Source: Octopus bimaculoides (taxonomy: Eukaryota). Taken from it: a stretch of DNA of 64,000 nt. The position numbers and the translations under genes are program-made. The notes under the pieces are model-generated. The model made no database searches. It saw nothing but the letters and a program-made list of their open reading frames with translations, and was not told the DNA's origin. Positions 1 through 12,645 of the stretch are shown here, one piece after another. Where the stretch lies: NCBI RefSeq assembly GCF_001194135.2, contig NC_069005.1, positions 15,962,669 to 16,026,668 of the forward strand. The letters are read 5' to 3'. Position 1 is the first letter of the stretch. Each line of letters starts with the position of its first letter.

Positions 1-604
1 TATATATATATATATATATATATATATCAGGGAAGCAATTTAGTTTGCCATCTATCGAGACTGCAGTGCATATGTGTGAACATATACACATTTTCCTGAG
101 CATTGGCAGAATAATTTTCACTTTATTTCTATTGCTGTTGGAAAATGGCCAAGTTATCGAGAAAAAGATCAAATGTAATTTCTTTTTCATGTATATATAT
201 ATTATGATATCTAATATTATTTAATTAATAATAAAAAAAAATAACATTGGAAGAATTATTTTCTTTACACACTATGATGTCATCCTGAACAATGAACAGC
301 GAAACAAATAAATGCATGAGCCAATGAAATACATACATGCGCATGCATGTGTGTGTGTTTGTGAGCACACATGTATCATCATCATCACTTAATGTCCACT
401 TTTCCATGCTTGCATGGATCAGACAAATTTTGTCAAGGCAGATTTTCTATAGTTGGATGCTTTTCCTGTTGCCAACCATCACCTGTTTCCATGTAAAGTA
501 ATATTTCCCATGACCAGACATGTTTTCAGAGAAGACTAGAAACAAAATGTACCACTTGTATGATGGCGACATTCATTTACAACCATCACAAGGCAAGAAG
601 TAAT

Positions 605-954
605 ACACACAAACTATGATTATATACATACATATATACGTGTTTCCAGTTTGGTTTCCATCTACCAAATCTACTCACAGAGCTTTGGCTGGCCCAGGGC
701 TATTGTAGAAGTCACTTGCCCGAGGTGTCATGCAGTGGGACAAAACTGACTAAACCTGAAGTCATGTGGTTAGGTAGCTAACTTCTTACCACACAGCCAC
801 ATCTGTATGTGCATATACATAGCAGTTCAGTAAAAGAGATCAATAGAATAAGTACCAGGCTTTAAAATATACTAAGTGCTGGGATCAATTCATTTGACTA
901 AAAATTCTTCAAGGCAGTGCCCCAGTATGACCACAGTCTAATAACTGAAACAAG

Positions 955-955
<1 letters not shown>
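605..955. mobile_element. SINE A fragments (minus-strand head ~605-800, plus-strand tail ~820-955)
   Basis: Homology to 27161-27570. Confidence 0.75.
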
Positions 956-986
<31 letters not shown>

Positions 987-1454
987 GTATGTATAGAGTG
1001 TTAGAAATGGTGTACAGATATTGTATAAATGAAGTATAAGAAATGAAAAATTGTAAGTGTAGACAAACTTTAATTCAATTCATAATCCAAGTTGGTACAG
1101 AACCAATATAGATTCTACAAATTGTTTCGGGGTCTAATTAATTCCAAAGACAAAAACAAAAAAAACTCTTCATGAAATAAAAATTAGATTCCTTGTCAGG
1201 AATTACAGACTGGTATGAATAATTACAACCAACAAAAATTTACAAAGCCCTTTCGTAGAATGTAGATTGGCTCTGTATCATCTTGAATTATGAATTGAAT
1301 TAAAGTTCATCTACACCTACAATTTTTCCTTTCTTTATACTTCATTTACTGTTTTTGCAAATACTGAATATATATTTTTATATATATTCTTTAATTGGAC
1401 TGTACCAGCAGACTTGGATGTTTGACATCCCTTTGAAGGATTTCGGTCCTCACT

Positions 1455-1486
<32 letters not shown>

Positions 1487-2167
1487 NNNNNNNNNNNNNN
1501 NATATATATAAGCAAAAATCTAGATTCAGATGAATTAGGTACTTAAGTTGAAGCACCAGAATTTAGTATGGTATTATTCATACAGTTTCAAAGTAGGGTG
1601 ATTAAAATAAATAAATATATAGTTAGCATGTTCTTTTGCATCAGTACTCCTTTATTAAATACCAGTAAATGCCAATGACCAATCTTCATAGATACCATCT
1701 AATAAGTTAATATTTAAGTATATAATATGAATAAATATTAAACTATTTCTATGTAATTTCTTTCCTCCCTCTATTGTGGTAAATTTTGGTATATACTCAA
1801 AAGTATTCAAAAATTTTATCCTTTTGGTTATAATCTTCTTAATCTTCTTGATAACCCTAAATTTTAACTTTATACAATATAGCAATATTGTTTAAAGTAG
1901 TCAACTATAGTACTCCATGATAAAATTTCCTCTGTATCATCATCATTGGTTCTACTAGAGTCTTGCCCCTTTAATTGATAACTAACATCTTGATTTAAGA
2001 TTTTCCTTTACCAAATCTCATTATATTGCTTCAATTTAATCTTGATAGTTGTATGACTATACACACTATCGACTCCCTCAGCCCTTTTCCTAACAGACAC
2101 TGCTCCTTGTTCCTTAGCCTTAGATTTTGATATACAAAGATTTGATAAACAATACTATAAATTAAAA

Positions 2168-2469
2168 CTGACCCCAAAAAGCAGAGACAAGCTAGATCTC
2201 TAACAAGACTTTCTTCCTCATACCTTAGTAGCTTCTAAGCTGAAGTGAAGACAGCATGATCTTTGTCTATCTCCTTACCTTTTGGAGGTTTTAGGTAAAA
2301 TTATACTAATGTGTCCATCTGTTTTAATTTAATTGAATTCTATGTCTTTATGCAGCTGAGGATTGCTCTGCATTTAAATTGATGTAATGATTGCATTGTT
2401 CAATTAAATGGAGCTGCTTGAAACGATCATACTGCATTACCACTGGATATCCTTGTTGCTTATTTTGAT
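2168..2469. repeat. Unclassified ~300-bp dispersed repeat, copy 1
   Basis: Aligns by eye to 7666-7966 (roughly 85% identical); class not determined. Confidence 0.8.
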
Positions 2470-2721
2470 TTTATANNNNNNNNNNNNNNNNNNNNNNNNN
2501 NNNNNNNNNNNNNNNNNNNNNNNNNNNNNNNNNNNNNNNNNNNNNNNNNNNNNNNNNNNNNNNNNNNNNNNNNNNNNNNNNNNNNNNNNNNNNNNNNNNN
2601 NNNNNNNNNNNNNNNNNNNNNNNNNNNNNNNNNNNNNNNNNNNNNNNNNNNNNNNNNNNNNNNNNNNNNNNNNNNNNNNNNNNNNNNNNNNNNNNNNNNN
2701 NNNNNNNNNNNNNNNNNNNNN

Positions 2722-2755
<34 letters not shown>

Positions 2756-2884
2756 ATTCAAAGAAGCATGTAGCAAATAAACATATGAATATAAACTAAA
2801 TACACAGACGAACAGAAAACACAGAAGGTCACCAACTCCTCTTCAGTTACCAGCCAGAGGGTCAGGATGCAATTTCGGCCATCA

Positions 2885-3127
2885 TCAATAATATCTATTT
2901 CTTTATTGTCCACAAGGGGCTAAACATAGGGAGGACAAACAAGGACAGAGGGATTAAGTCGATTAGATCAACCCCAGTGCATAACTGGTACTTATTTAAT
3001 CGACCTCGAAAGGATGAAAGGCTAAGTTGACCATGGCGGAATTTGAACTCAGAACATATCAGCAGAATAAATACTGCTAAGCATTTCACCCGGCATGCTA
3101 ACACTTCTGCCAGCTCGCCGCCTTACG
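2885..3127 (-). mobile_element. SINE family B (tRNA head ggcggcgagctggcagaa, central gcctttcatcctttcggggtc domain)
   Basis: B box gagttcaaattcc; homologues at ~7172-7385, 19875-20090, 20735-20940, 35172-35908 and 50862-51040. Confidence 0.8.
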
Positions 3128-3741
3128 ATAACATNNNNNNNNNNNNNNNNNNNNNNNNNNNNNNNNNNNNNNNNNNNNNNNNNNNNNNNNNNNNNNNNNN
3201 NNNNNNNNNNNNNNNNNNNNNNNNNNNNNNNNNNNNNNNNNNNNNNNNNNNNNNNNNNNNNNNNNNNNNNNNNNNNNNNNNNNNNNNNNNNNNNNNNNNN
3301 NNNNNNNNNNNNNNNNNNNNNNNNNNNNNNNNNNNNNNNNNNNNNNNNNNNNNNNNNNNNNNNNNNNNNNNNNNNNNNNNNNNNNNNNNNNNNNNNNNNN
3401 NNNNNNNNNNNNNNNNNNNNNNNNNNNNNNNNNNNNNNNNNNNNNNNNNNNNNNNNNNNNNNNNNNNNNNNNNNNNNNNNNNNNNNNNNNNNNNNNNNNN
3501 NNNNNNNNNNNNNNNNNNNNNNNNNNNNNNNNNNNNNNNNNNNNNNNNNNNNNNNNNNNNNNNNNNNNNNNNNNNNNNNNNNNNNNNNNNNNNNNNNNNN
3601 NNNNNNNNNNNNNNNNNNNNNNNNNNNNNNNNNNNNNNNNNNNNNNNNNNNNNNNNNNNNATATATATATATATAAAATTATATATATATGTGAGAAAAT
3701 GATATGACAAAGGAATAAACAATTGTCTTATGAACTTTATT

Positions 3742-3823
3742 AGCTTACAGATGTTTCTGCTATAAGATGCAGTGAACTCATACTTGAGTGCCTGAGTAAC
3801 ACCTTAGAGTTTCATCAGAACCT
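3742..3823 (-). ncRNA. Degenerate hammerhead-like motif inside a ~186-bp inverted-repeat element (3697-3882)
   Basis: Minus strand ggtt-CTGATGA-long helix II (ctctaaggtgt/gcatcttatag)-GAAA-CA-TC-TG-TA-agct. Confidence 0.45.
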
Positions 3824-4459
3824 TGAATATGAAGCTAATGAAGACCAAAAGATAATCGTTTATTCCTTTATCATATCTTTTTCTTATTACTGCTATATAC
3901 TCGACTAACTCTTCATTCTGAATCATACACATATTGAGTTCTACACCAGGTTACTAGTTTCACAATGTCTAAGTGAAATACATGCATACATATATGCATT
4001 ATATAAATTATCTGTGGACCTTGAGAGTTTGGGATCTACTTGAAGACATTCTCTAGATTGATAAATTGATAAACAAATGAAAGATAAAGCTGTTTGTTCT
4101 TTGCCAATTATTTATTTGGCAGTTTTCTCAGCAGAAACGGAATGAAAGAATTCGCAGACAATGTCTTTATCATATCAAACTGAACAATAATATCTTGCCT
4201 TGTCTTTATCATATCTCTTTCTGTTCCTTTCATGAAAAGTTCCATTGATTTCAGATCCTTTATAATTTATGGCATGATCTTTCAGCAGGCCATGATGAAG
4301 TTAATAATGATGCTTATGGTGGTGTTGATGAAGGTGGGATGGTAATCAGCATGATGGTAGTGGTGATTCTAAACTCCATCAACAATAATAAGATAGCCTT
4401 GTGCAATCTAATTAATTGGCGAAGAGATTAAAGTGAAAACAAACATCTGATATCTTTTA

Positions 4460-4790
4460 TCTTTTACTTGTTACAACCATTAGACTGTGACCATGCTGGG
4501 GCACTGCCTTGAATGGTTTTAGTCAAACAAGTCAACCTCAGGACTTATGTATTTTTTTTGTATGGTACATGTTCTATTGGTCTCTTTTTCAGAACCAAGT
4601 TATGGGGATGTGAACAAACCAGCATCAATTGTCAAGCAATGTAGTGGGGAACAAATACAGACACAAACATACATACACAAAGATACACACATACAACAGG
4701 CTTCTGTTGACTGCTGCACAGTGAGATTGAACCCAACACCACATGGCTGCAAAGCCAGCTTCTTACCCACGTAGCCATGCCTGCCAGCAG
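4460..4790 (-). mobile_element. SINE A
   Basis: Homology to 27161-27570 with internal deletion. Confidence 0.8.
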
Positions 4791-5726
4791 TTGTTGCTTA
4801 TCCCCAGAACAGACCTACATTCCCTAGCATTCCAGTTATGACCATCCTGTCAGTAGACATAGAAGTATATAGGAACAACATCATCTAAAGTGTCGTTTTC
4901 TTAATTAAAATACTAGTGTTTGGAGAGAGATTTGACTACTATTTCTAGCTTGTCAATCTACAGTAAAGAGGTTTTGTGAATGGTCTGTAGCATTGTAAAC
5001 CTTCATGTCAGTTAAGATGTTTCCAAGAGACTATCTAGTGTTTTCTGTCCCCTTCAAGAAAATGATTTAGAAATGTATCCATTGTCACAGATCATCGTCA
5101 TCATTTAACATGTTTTTCCATGCTGGCATGGGTTGAATGTTTTGACAGGGTCTGGTAAGTTCCAGGGCCAATGTCAGCTTTGGTGAGGTTTCTATGGTTG
5201 GATACCTTCCTAATGCCGATCACTTACAGTGTGGATTGAGTGCATTTTTTGTGCCACAGGCTGTCAAGTAACTTGCAAGACAAAAAAAAGAACAAATAAA
5301 AAGGAAAGAAAATAGGAAAAAAATCTCCCCACTCCAGGGGGGGGGGGGATTTGAAGGAGAACGGTTGTTTCATGCCAAGTATCTAGGAACAAGCACAGGT
5401 GTCTTGCTATAAAAGAGATACATGACTACCCTGCATCATATAAGGGTGGGCAAGAGGATGTTAATACTATAAACATACAGTTACTTCATATATTAGTATG
5501 ATACAGCTTGCTCAAAGTTCTCTTTGCAGTCAAACAGTCTAGGTTCAATCTCACTGTGTGACACCTTCCGCAAATATCTTTCACCATTGTGTTAAGCTGA
5601 CCCAAGCTTTGAGAGTGAAACTGGGGCGACAGAAATAGTGGCTGGATTGTACTTGTAATTCAAGGGTCTGGGTCTGACTAGCTGAGTGAGGTTAATCAGC
5701 AACAGCAGAATTGAGCAGAAAACAAT

Positions 5727-6247
5727 GCAGAACTGTGCAGAGCAGAACTGTGCAGAGCAGAACTGTGCAGAGCAGAACTGTGCAGAGCAGAACTGTGCAG
5801 AGCAGAACTGTGCAGAGCAGAACTGTGCAGAGCAGAACTGNNNNNNNNNNNNNNNNNNNNNNNNNNNNNNNNNNNNNNNNNNNNNNNNNNNNNNNNNNNN
5901 NNNNNNNNNNNNNNNNNNNNNNNNNNNNNNNNNNNNNNNNNNNNNNNNNNNNNNNNNNNNNNNNNNNNNNNNNNNNNNNNNNNNNNNNNNNNNNNNNNNN
6001 NNNNNNNNNNNNNNNNNNNNNNNNNNNNNNNNNNNNNNNNNNNNNNNNNNNNNNNNNNNNNNNNNNNNNNNNNNNNNNNNNNNNNNNNNNNNNNNNNNNN
6101 NNNNNNNNNNNNNNNNNNNNNNGAACTGTGCAGAGCAGAACTGTGCAGAGCAGAACTGTGCAGAGCAGAACTGTGCAGAGCAGAACTGTGCAGAGCAGAA
6201 CTGTGCAGAGCAGAACTGTGCAGAGCAGAACTGTGCAGAGCAGAACT
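5727..6247. repeat. 15-bp minisatellite (GCAGAACTGTGCAGA)n spanning a gap
   Basis: Perfect units visible on both sides of the N run. Confidence 0.95.
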
Positions 6248-7439
6248 GAACATGGCTACATACAGCTTTACAACAGAGATGAGCACAGTTATACACCAAT
6301 AATCCAGCCACATGCATTTTATAAGCAAAGCTATGCTATACTCACATGTTATAATAAAACATATATAATATATAACAAAGCACACATACAATGAAATATT
6401 GAATATATACACAACTACATGTGAGATTCTACTCAATAAAAAAAAAAGTGTTCCATAACTATCTACACATTTTATTGATCCAGTTCAGTCGATAAAAAGC
6501 CCAAGCGATAAAATTTTGATAATGAAAGTAGCCAGGGTTTATGCTTCAATGAGATGAAAAGACTTAATCAGAAGTCAAAAGAATAAGTGTAAAAACATAA
6601 CATGTAAGTAAAAAAAGAAAACACATTGAAGATATTCTTACTACCGACAGACCAAAACAGCCTCAACATTAGACCATTATAAAGAACAGAATGTCTATTA
6701 AATGAAGAAAGAATGAAGAACTGCAACATGCTGCTATTATTTATATATAAAATGTCAAAATTGAATAATTCATAACATTGAGAGAGAAAAATAATAAACC
6801 TACCTACCAACAGACCAAACTGATAACACAAGCCAATAAGGGAGGTGCTATGCGGTCTCTCAGCCTGCTAAAAATAGCAGCCAAACTTTTCAGAAATTAC
6901 ATTTGTCTTATGTGAAGACAAGACACATTAGAAGATAGTATGGTCTTACTTCAAAGGGTGGTAGACTGACAGAATGGACAGTGCATCAGACAGAATACCT
7001 TTACCTTCTGAGTTCAAATTCTGTCAAGAATTTTGCTTTTCAACCTTCAAGGATCAATAAAATAAAGTATCAGCAATAATAGACTACTGAGGTTGATGCT
7101 GTTGACTAACCTTCTCTCCTCAAAACTGCTGCTCATTGCCTAAATTACAAGCAGTTATCATCATTATTTAGACAGTGAGCTGACAGAATCATTAGCATGT
7201 TGGACAAAATGCTTACTGGGACTTCATCTATCTTCACATCCTGAGTTCAAATTCCACCGAGCTCAACTTTGCTTTTCATCCTTTCAGGGTCAATAAAATA
7301 AGTACCAGTTGAACACTTGGGGGTGGGGTGGAGGTAGACGTAAATGACTCCCCCTCCCCCAAAATTGTGGGCCTTGTGCCAAACTTTGAAACTATTATTA
7401 TTCTTTTTTTTTAATTATTCATATACACTCAACAGATTA

Positions 7440-7665
7440 GACTGTTAGAAAAGAAAAGAAACCTAACATCAGGCTACAACAAGTAAGCCTTAGATGCCAA
7501 GAACCCTCCTAAGTATTCTAGCTGTCCCTAATAACAGTGTTTTCTGAAGCTGTACTAAACTGGATTTTATGTATATTTCCTCCAACCTTCTGTTCAGATT
7601 TTTAGGGATAGTTCCCAATGCATCTATAACTACTGGGATACATTTCACCTGCACTTCCCATATTC
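7440..7665 (-). mobile_element. C-terminus of an RLE-encoding non-LTR element (R4/Dong-like)
   Basis: ORF 7490..7687 RIW...IPVVIDALGTIPK.L...LQKTLLLGTARILRRVL*. Confidence 0.75.
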
Positions 7666-8028
7666 TGACCCCATATAACAGTGACAAGCAAAATCTGTAA
7701 CAAGTCTTTCTTTCTGATACCTTAGTAGCTTCTAAGCTGAAGTGAAGGTAACATGTTCTTTGTCTATCTCCTTACCTTCTTGGAGATTTCAGGCAAAATT
7801 GTACTAATGTGTCCATCTGTTTTAATTCAATTAAATTCTATGTTTTTATGCAGTTGAGGATTGTCTGCATTTTAAATTGATGTAAAGGTTGCATTGTTCA
7901 ATTAAATGGAGTTGTGTGAAATGATTGTACTGCATTAACCTCTGGATATCCTTGTTGCTTATTTTATTCTAACCACCTTATTTTCAAATTGTATGAATAA
8001 TACCATACTAAATTCTGGTGCCTCAACT
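7666..8028. repeat. Unclassified dispersed repeat, copy 2 (includes the block found inverted at 1546-1610)
   Basis: Homologous to 2168-2469 (same strand) and 1546-1610 (opposite strand). Confidence 0.8.
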
Positions 8029-9349
8029 GAGACAACTGTTGTTATCGTTAGGCCTAACTCATCGTAAAGTAAATACCACCACGACTGATATCCAAACTAC
8101 AGTGGAGAAGGCTAGCCACTAGATTTGGTTAAAAAGAGACGATGAGCGTTGGCTAGAAGAATATTAAGCTTTATTTAATAACCAGTTGATCCAGTGAGCA
8201 GGGCCTTATATCAGTAATGGGTGGGAGCCTGTACGCATTGATGCTGTTGACGACCCCATACACTTGCTGGCTTCCGGTATGCAAAGTTCTTGACTGGTAG
8301 CACTTGCATGTGCAAGTTGTTTGCAAAACATATATATATATGTATGTATATGTGTCCTCCACCACCACTTAACTAGTGTTGGTGTGTTTATGTCCCTGTA
8401 ACTTACCAGTTTGGTGAAAGAGGCCAATAAAATCAGTACCAGGTTTTAAAAAATAAAAAAGTACTAGAGTCAATTCATTCAACTAAAGGCTTCAAGGTGG
8501 TGCCCCAGCATGGCCACAGTCTAATGACTGAAACAAGAAGACAAACAGACACCATAAAATTAAGAAACTTTACTATGTTTTCTTACACAGAGATTCAAGG
8601 CCAGGAATTTAGGAGGAAAAAAAAAACCCATCAATTATATTGCAGAGCGTTTTCTCTTACTCTCCAACAATTCTGATAATTTACTGTCCTTAATAAAGTC
8701 AGAAATGTTATTGATTGACTCTAATCATTATGATATCTTTTAAGTTTTAATTGCCAGAACAATTAGCTTTATATCTGAATATTAAGTTATGTTTTATAAA
8801 ATCATCTAATTCTTAATTGGAACTCTAATTAGTTGGACAATTAAAAACAATGTTTTTTTAACAGAAGAAAAGAAGAGAAACTGAAACATCATCATCATTT
8901 AATGTCTGTCCTCCATGCTGACATGGGTTAGAAAGGTTGACAGCAGCTGGTGAGCTAGAAAACTACACCAGGCTTCACTGTTTTGGCAAAGCTTTTATGG
9001 CTGGATGCCCTTCCTAACACCTACCACCCAACAGAGTGGACTCCTTACAGAAGACACCATAAATTATTTGTGTATATGTGTCTGAGAGAGTGAAGTGTGT
9101 GTGAGTGAGGTGAAAGAGAGAAAGGGAAAGAGGGAGTGTGACAGTGGGGGGAGAGTATGTGTATGTGTGTGTATTGTAGTTTATAGTTCCAGTCTTTCAT
9201 CTATGTATGTACACACTTGGACACCTCATCAGAGCCCTATTCTGGAGGCACCTGATGCTTCAGGCATTACACCATGCACCCACACCTGTGCAACCACCCA
9301 CCCCACCAAGTTTGATGAAGTCAGTTTGATTAGCAGGTTAATATATCTT

Positions 9350-10070
9350 TCACCTTTGACTTGTTTCAGTCATTGGACTGTAGCCATGCTGGAGCACTAT
9401 CATAAAGGGTTTAATTGAAGAAATCAACCCCAGCACTTATTTTTTTAGAGCCTGGTATTTATTCTATCACCTCTTTTGCCAAAGTACTAGGTTGGAGGAA
9501 TGTAAGCAAACCAACACTGGTTGTCAAACACATAATGGACTTCTTTCAGTTTCCACTTACCAAATCCACTCATAAGACATTAGTCTGCCCAGGGGCAATA
9601 ATAAAAGACACTTACCCAAGGTGCCACACAATGAGACTGAACCCAAGGCCATAAGGTTGGGAAGAAAGCCTCTCAACTACACAGCCTCACCTAAAGACAT
9701 GTGGTAAGAAGATTGCTTCCCAACCACATAGTTCCAGATTCAGTCCCACTGCATGGCATCTTGGGCAAATGTGAGTAGGTTTGGTAGAGGGAAACTGAAA
9801 GAAGCCCATCATATACTTATATGCATACATCTAAGTGTGTGTGTGTGTGTGTGTGTGTGTGTCTTTGTGCTTGTGTTTGTCCCCCATCACTGCTTGACAA
9901 CTGGTGTTGATGTGTTTATGTCCCCGTAACTTAGTGGTTTGGCAAAATAGAATAAGAACTAGGCTTAAGAAAATAAGTCCTGGGGTCAACTTGTCCAACT
10001 CAAAACCTTTCAAGGTAGTGCTTCAGCTTGGCCACAATCAAATGACTAAAACAAGTAAAAGAATAAAAGA
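9350..10070. mobile_element. Two SINE A copies head-to-head (minus ~9350-9690, plus ~9700-10070)
   Basis: Homology to 27161-27570 in opposite orientations. Confidence 0.8.
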
Positions 10071-10157
10071 ATACTGTAAAGTATGTTGTAAAATTTACAG
10101 ACATACTATAGAGTTTATATGCATACAGATACACTGTAGTGTGGATAGATAAAGTGT

Positions 10158-10209
<52 letters not shown>

Positions 10210-10701
10210 AATACTGAACAATGAGAATGACTGCTCAACAGCACATTGGTGGATAAAATTTTTTATTTATGGGTTAAAGCTATCGTTGGTTTCATGTTAG
10301 GGGAGATATTCCTTAACAATTATCAAGTCTATCATATGGAACATTGGTGCTTGTTTCCATCCTGGATTAATCCAACATGGAGAAGAGCATTAATGGAAGC
10401 AAGTAGCAATGGAAATGAGCACTGAAGAGATTTCTCTTTTAACATGAAACTAATGGGAACCTTAACCCCACCCCCACATATATATATCCCTGTATCCATT
10501 TCAAACACCACCTGCTGCAAACATGGGATTTCCCATTCATTGATTAGATCCAAAAAGGTCTTTATGAACTAAAAGCAGCCTAAGGGTGAAATTCCATGCC
10601 CCCCTTCTGGCTGACCCGGACTGATCATCCTTTGTTTACTTACTAACTGACTGTAACAGATTCCTAGCTCCCAGAGTTGAAGAATTATATACCTTCAGCT
10701 T

Positions 10702-10765
10702 TAGCGTCTGATGAGTCATCGATGGGGCTAAGCCCCTTATGGATGCAAAACCATTGGTCACTCTA
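10702..10765 (+). ncRNA. Type I hammerhead ribozyme-like motif, G12>A (probably inactive relic)
   Basis: Helix I tagcgt/actcta (5 of 6 pairs), CTGATGA, helix II g(t)catc/gatgc with ggggc-taa-gcccc hairpin, AAAA in place of GAAA, helix III acc-att-ggt, cleavage triplet GUC. Confidence 0.7.
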
Positions 10766-10787
10766 TGACTGGACATATACTTAACTG

Positions 10788-10837
<50 letters not shown>

Positions 10838-11404
10838 TGTGTGTGTGTGTATAGTGTCTGTCTGTGTATATACATATAGAGATGTATATGCTGTATATTG
10901 CAGTGTATAAATGTATATTATAGTATGTAAATACAAATTGTAGTATATAGAACAGGCACAGGCAAGGCTGTGAGATGAAGTCTGCTTTTCAACATGGTTT
11001 TGGGTTCATTCCACTGCATGGCACTTTGAACAAGTATATTCTACTATATAACCCAGGGCCAACTAAAGCCTTGTGAGTGGATTTGGTAAACAGAAACTGA
11101 AAGAAACCCATAGATTATGCGTATATATTATATATACATACATATATATATATATCTATATATAGTATTAAGTACCAATCAAAGCTTGTCTTACCACTCT
11201 ACTAACAGTTATATGAGTGCATTTTGTCCCTGATTTATGGTCTCTTGGACGACTCATGCATGTATATAGGAAAAATTTTGTCATTAAATATAACTGAAGG
11301 TGCCAAAGTACCTATATTGCTAGAAATAAGAGTTAAGACTCGTAATGCTGAAAGAAGAGCACAATATATATATATACTGATAAGGGAGATGACTGTCTCT
11401 AGAA

Positions 11405-11449
11405 TCACTAGACTAGACTCGTCTATTTTGTAGGCATCATCAGTTGTGA
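11405..11449 (-). ncRNA. Degenerate minimal hammerhead-like motif (GAAA>GAGU)
   Basis: tcacaa-CTGATGA-t-gccta/tagac-GAGT-CTAG-TC-tagtga; helix I 5 of 6 pairs. Confidence 0.35.
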
Positions 11450-12304
11450 CTACTAGAATGGTTGATATATATATATATGGTGATGGGTAGTTAGTGTCTC
11501 CTAGCCTTGTTAGTGCATGATAGTTGTAAATCAGTGTCATCGTCTTACGAGTGTCTTGAGTGAAATATGCCTGACTATGGGAAAATATAAGCTTACTTGG
11601 AAACAGGTGAGGGTTGACAGCAGAAAGGGCATCCAGCCCATAGAAAATCTGCCTCAACAAATTCCATCCAATCCATGCCAGCATGGAAAAGTGGACACTA
11701 AAACAATGATGATATAATGGTGATGATGACGACAACAAATAAAATGATGATGATAATGACAAATATGATGGTGATGACGATAATGATGAATATGTAAACT
11801 CTAGTACTACTAAAACCTGGCTGTCCCTATCCCCACTTGATCAACAATTTCAGGTTAATATTTAAGCCATGTCACTATCCAACCACAATAAAACTTTATC
11901 TGTTGACAAGTTGGTATTCCTCAAGATCACAATTTTTTTTAGCTTTCTTATGTATGTATTTATGTATTTTTTTTCCCTCTCTGACTCTTGTACACTCTGC
12001 CTTCACTTGTAACAGTAACATTTTACTAAGCTGAGCGCTGACTGCAGTTTTGTTCTAGATGCCAGTGTTATTTCATAAGCAGCTTAGAGCAGTAGTGAGC
12101 GCAGACAATTGCTGTGGAGATTAACCTATATCTTTATCTATATTTGACCACACTTACAAACAGCAGCAGCAATGTAAGAGAAAAGAAATGTTTGACCTTT
12201 TTGTTTCCATTTTTTTTTTTAATAACTAGGTAAATGAGAATTGGTTTCTTGATCACAAAAATAATATTGACATGTATTTATTGACTTATTTTCTTTAATA
12301 TCAG

Positions 12305-12418
12305 TGCAGATATGGCTGTGTGGTAAGAAATATGCTTACCAACCACAAGGTTTTAGATTTTGTCCCACTACATGGCACTTTAGGAAGTGTCTCCCTATAG
12401 AAACTGAAAGAAGCGTGC

Positions 12419-12456
<38 letters not shown>

Positions 12457-12645
12457 CTATGTATATGCATGTGTGTATGTTCCATGTTGTTGTGTTCATC
12501 TTCCACCATTGCTTAAGAACTCATGTTGATTTCATTATGTCTATAACTTAGAGGTTCAACAAAAGAGACCAATAGAATATGCACTAGACTTTAAAAATAA
12601 AATGTAGGCACTGGGGTCACTTTGTTCAATTAAACTTTTCTAGGC
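12305..12645 (+). mobile_element. SINE A
   Basis: Homology to 27161-27570. Confidence 0.75.

Noticed and set aside
146-181. ATG GCC AAG...AAT|gtaatt (MAKLSRKRSN) as a first exon
   Set aside because: Weak donor, no downstream partner exon.
1620-2167. Possible APE endonuclease or L1-type RT remnant on the minus strand
   Set aside because: Only vague motif resemblance across many stops; left unclassified.
5592-6436. NCAEQ/QFCSA/SSALH/TVQSR repeat proteins
   Set aside because: A 15-bp stop-free satellite is open in several frames on both strands; no splice or homology support.
6640-6700. Minus-strand exon candidate HSVLYNGLMLRLFWSVG
   Set aside because: Good acceptor but ambiguous donor, its end motif is duplicated at ~6805, and there is no link to the known exons.
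9180-9240. Minus-strand CTGATGA...GAAA
   Set aside because: Helix II is poor and there is no NUH with a pairing helix I.
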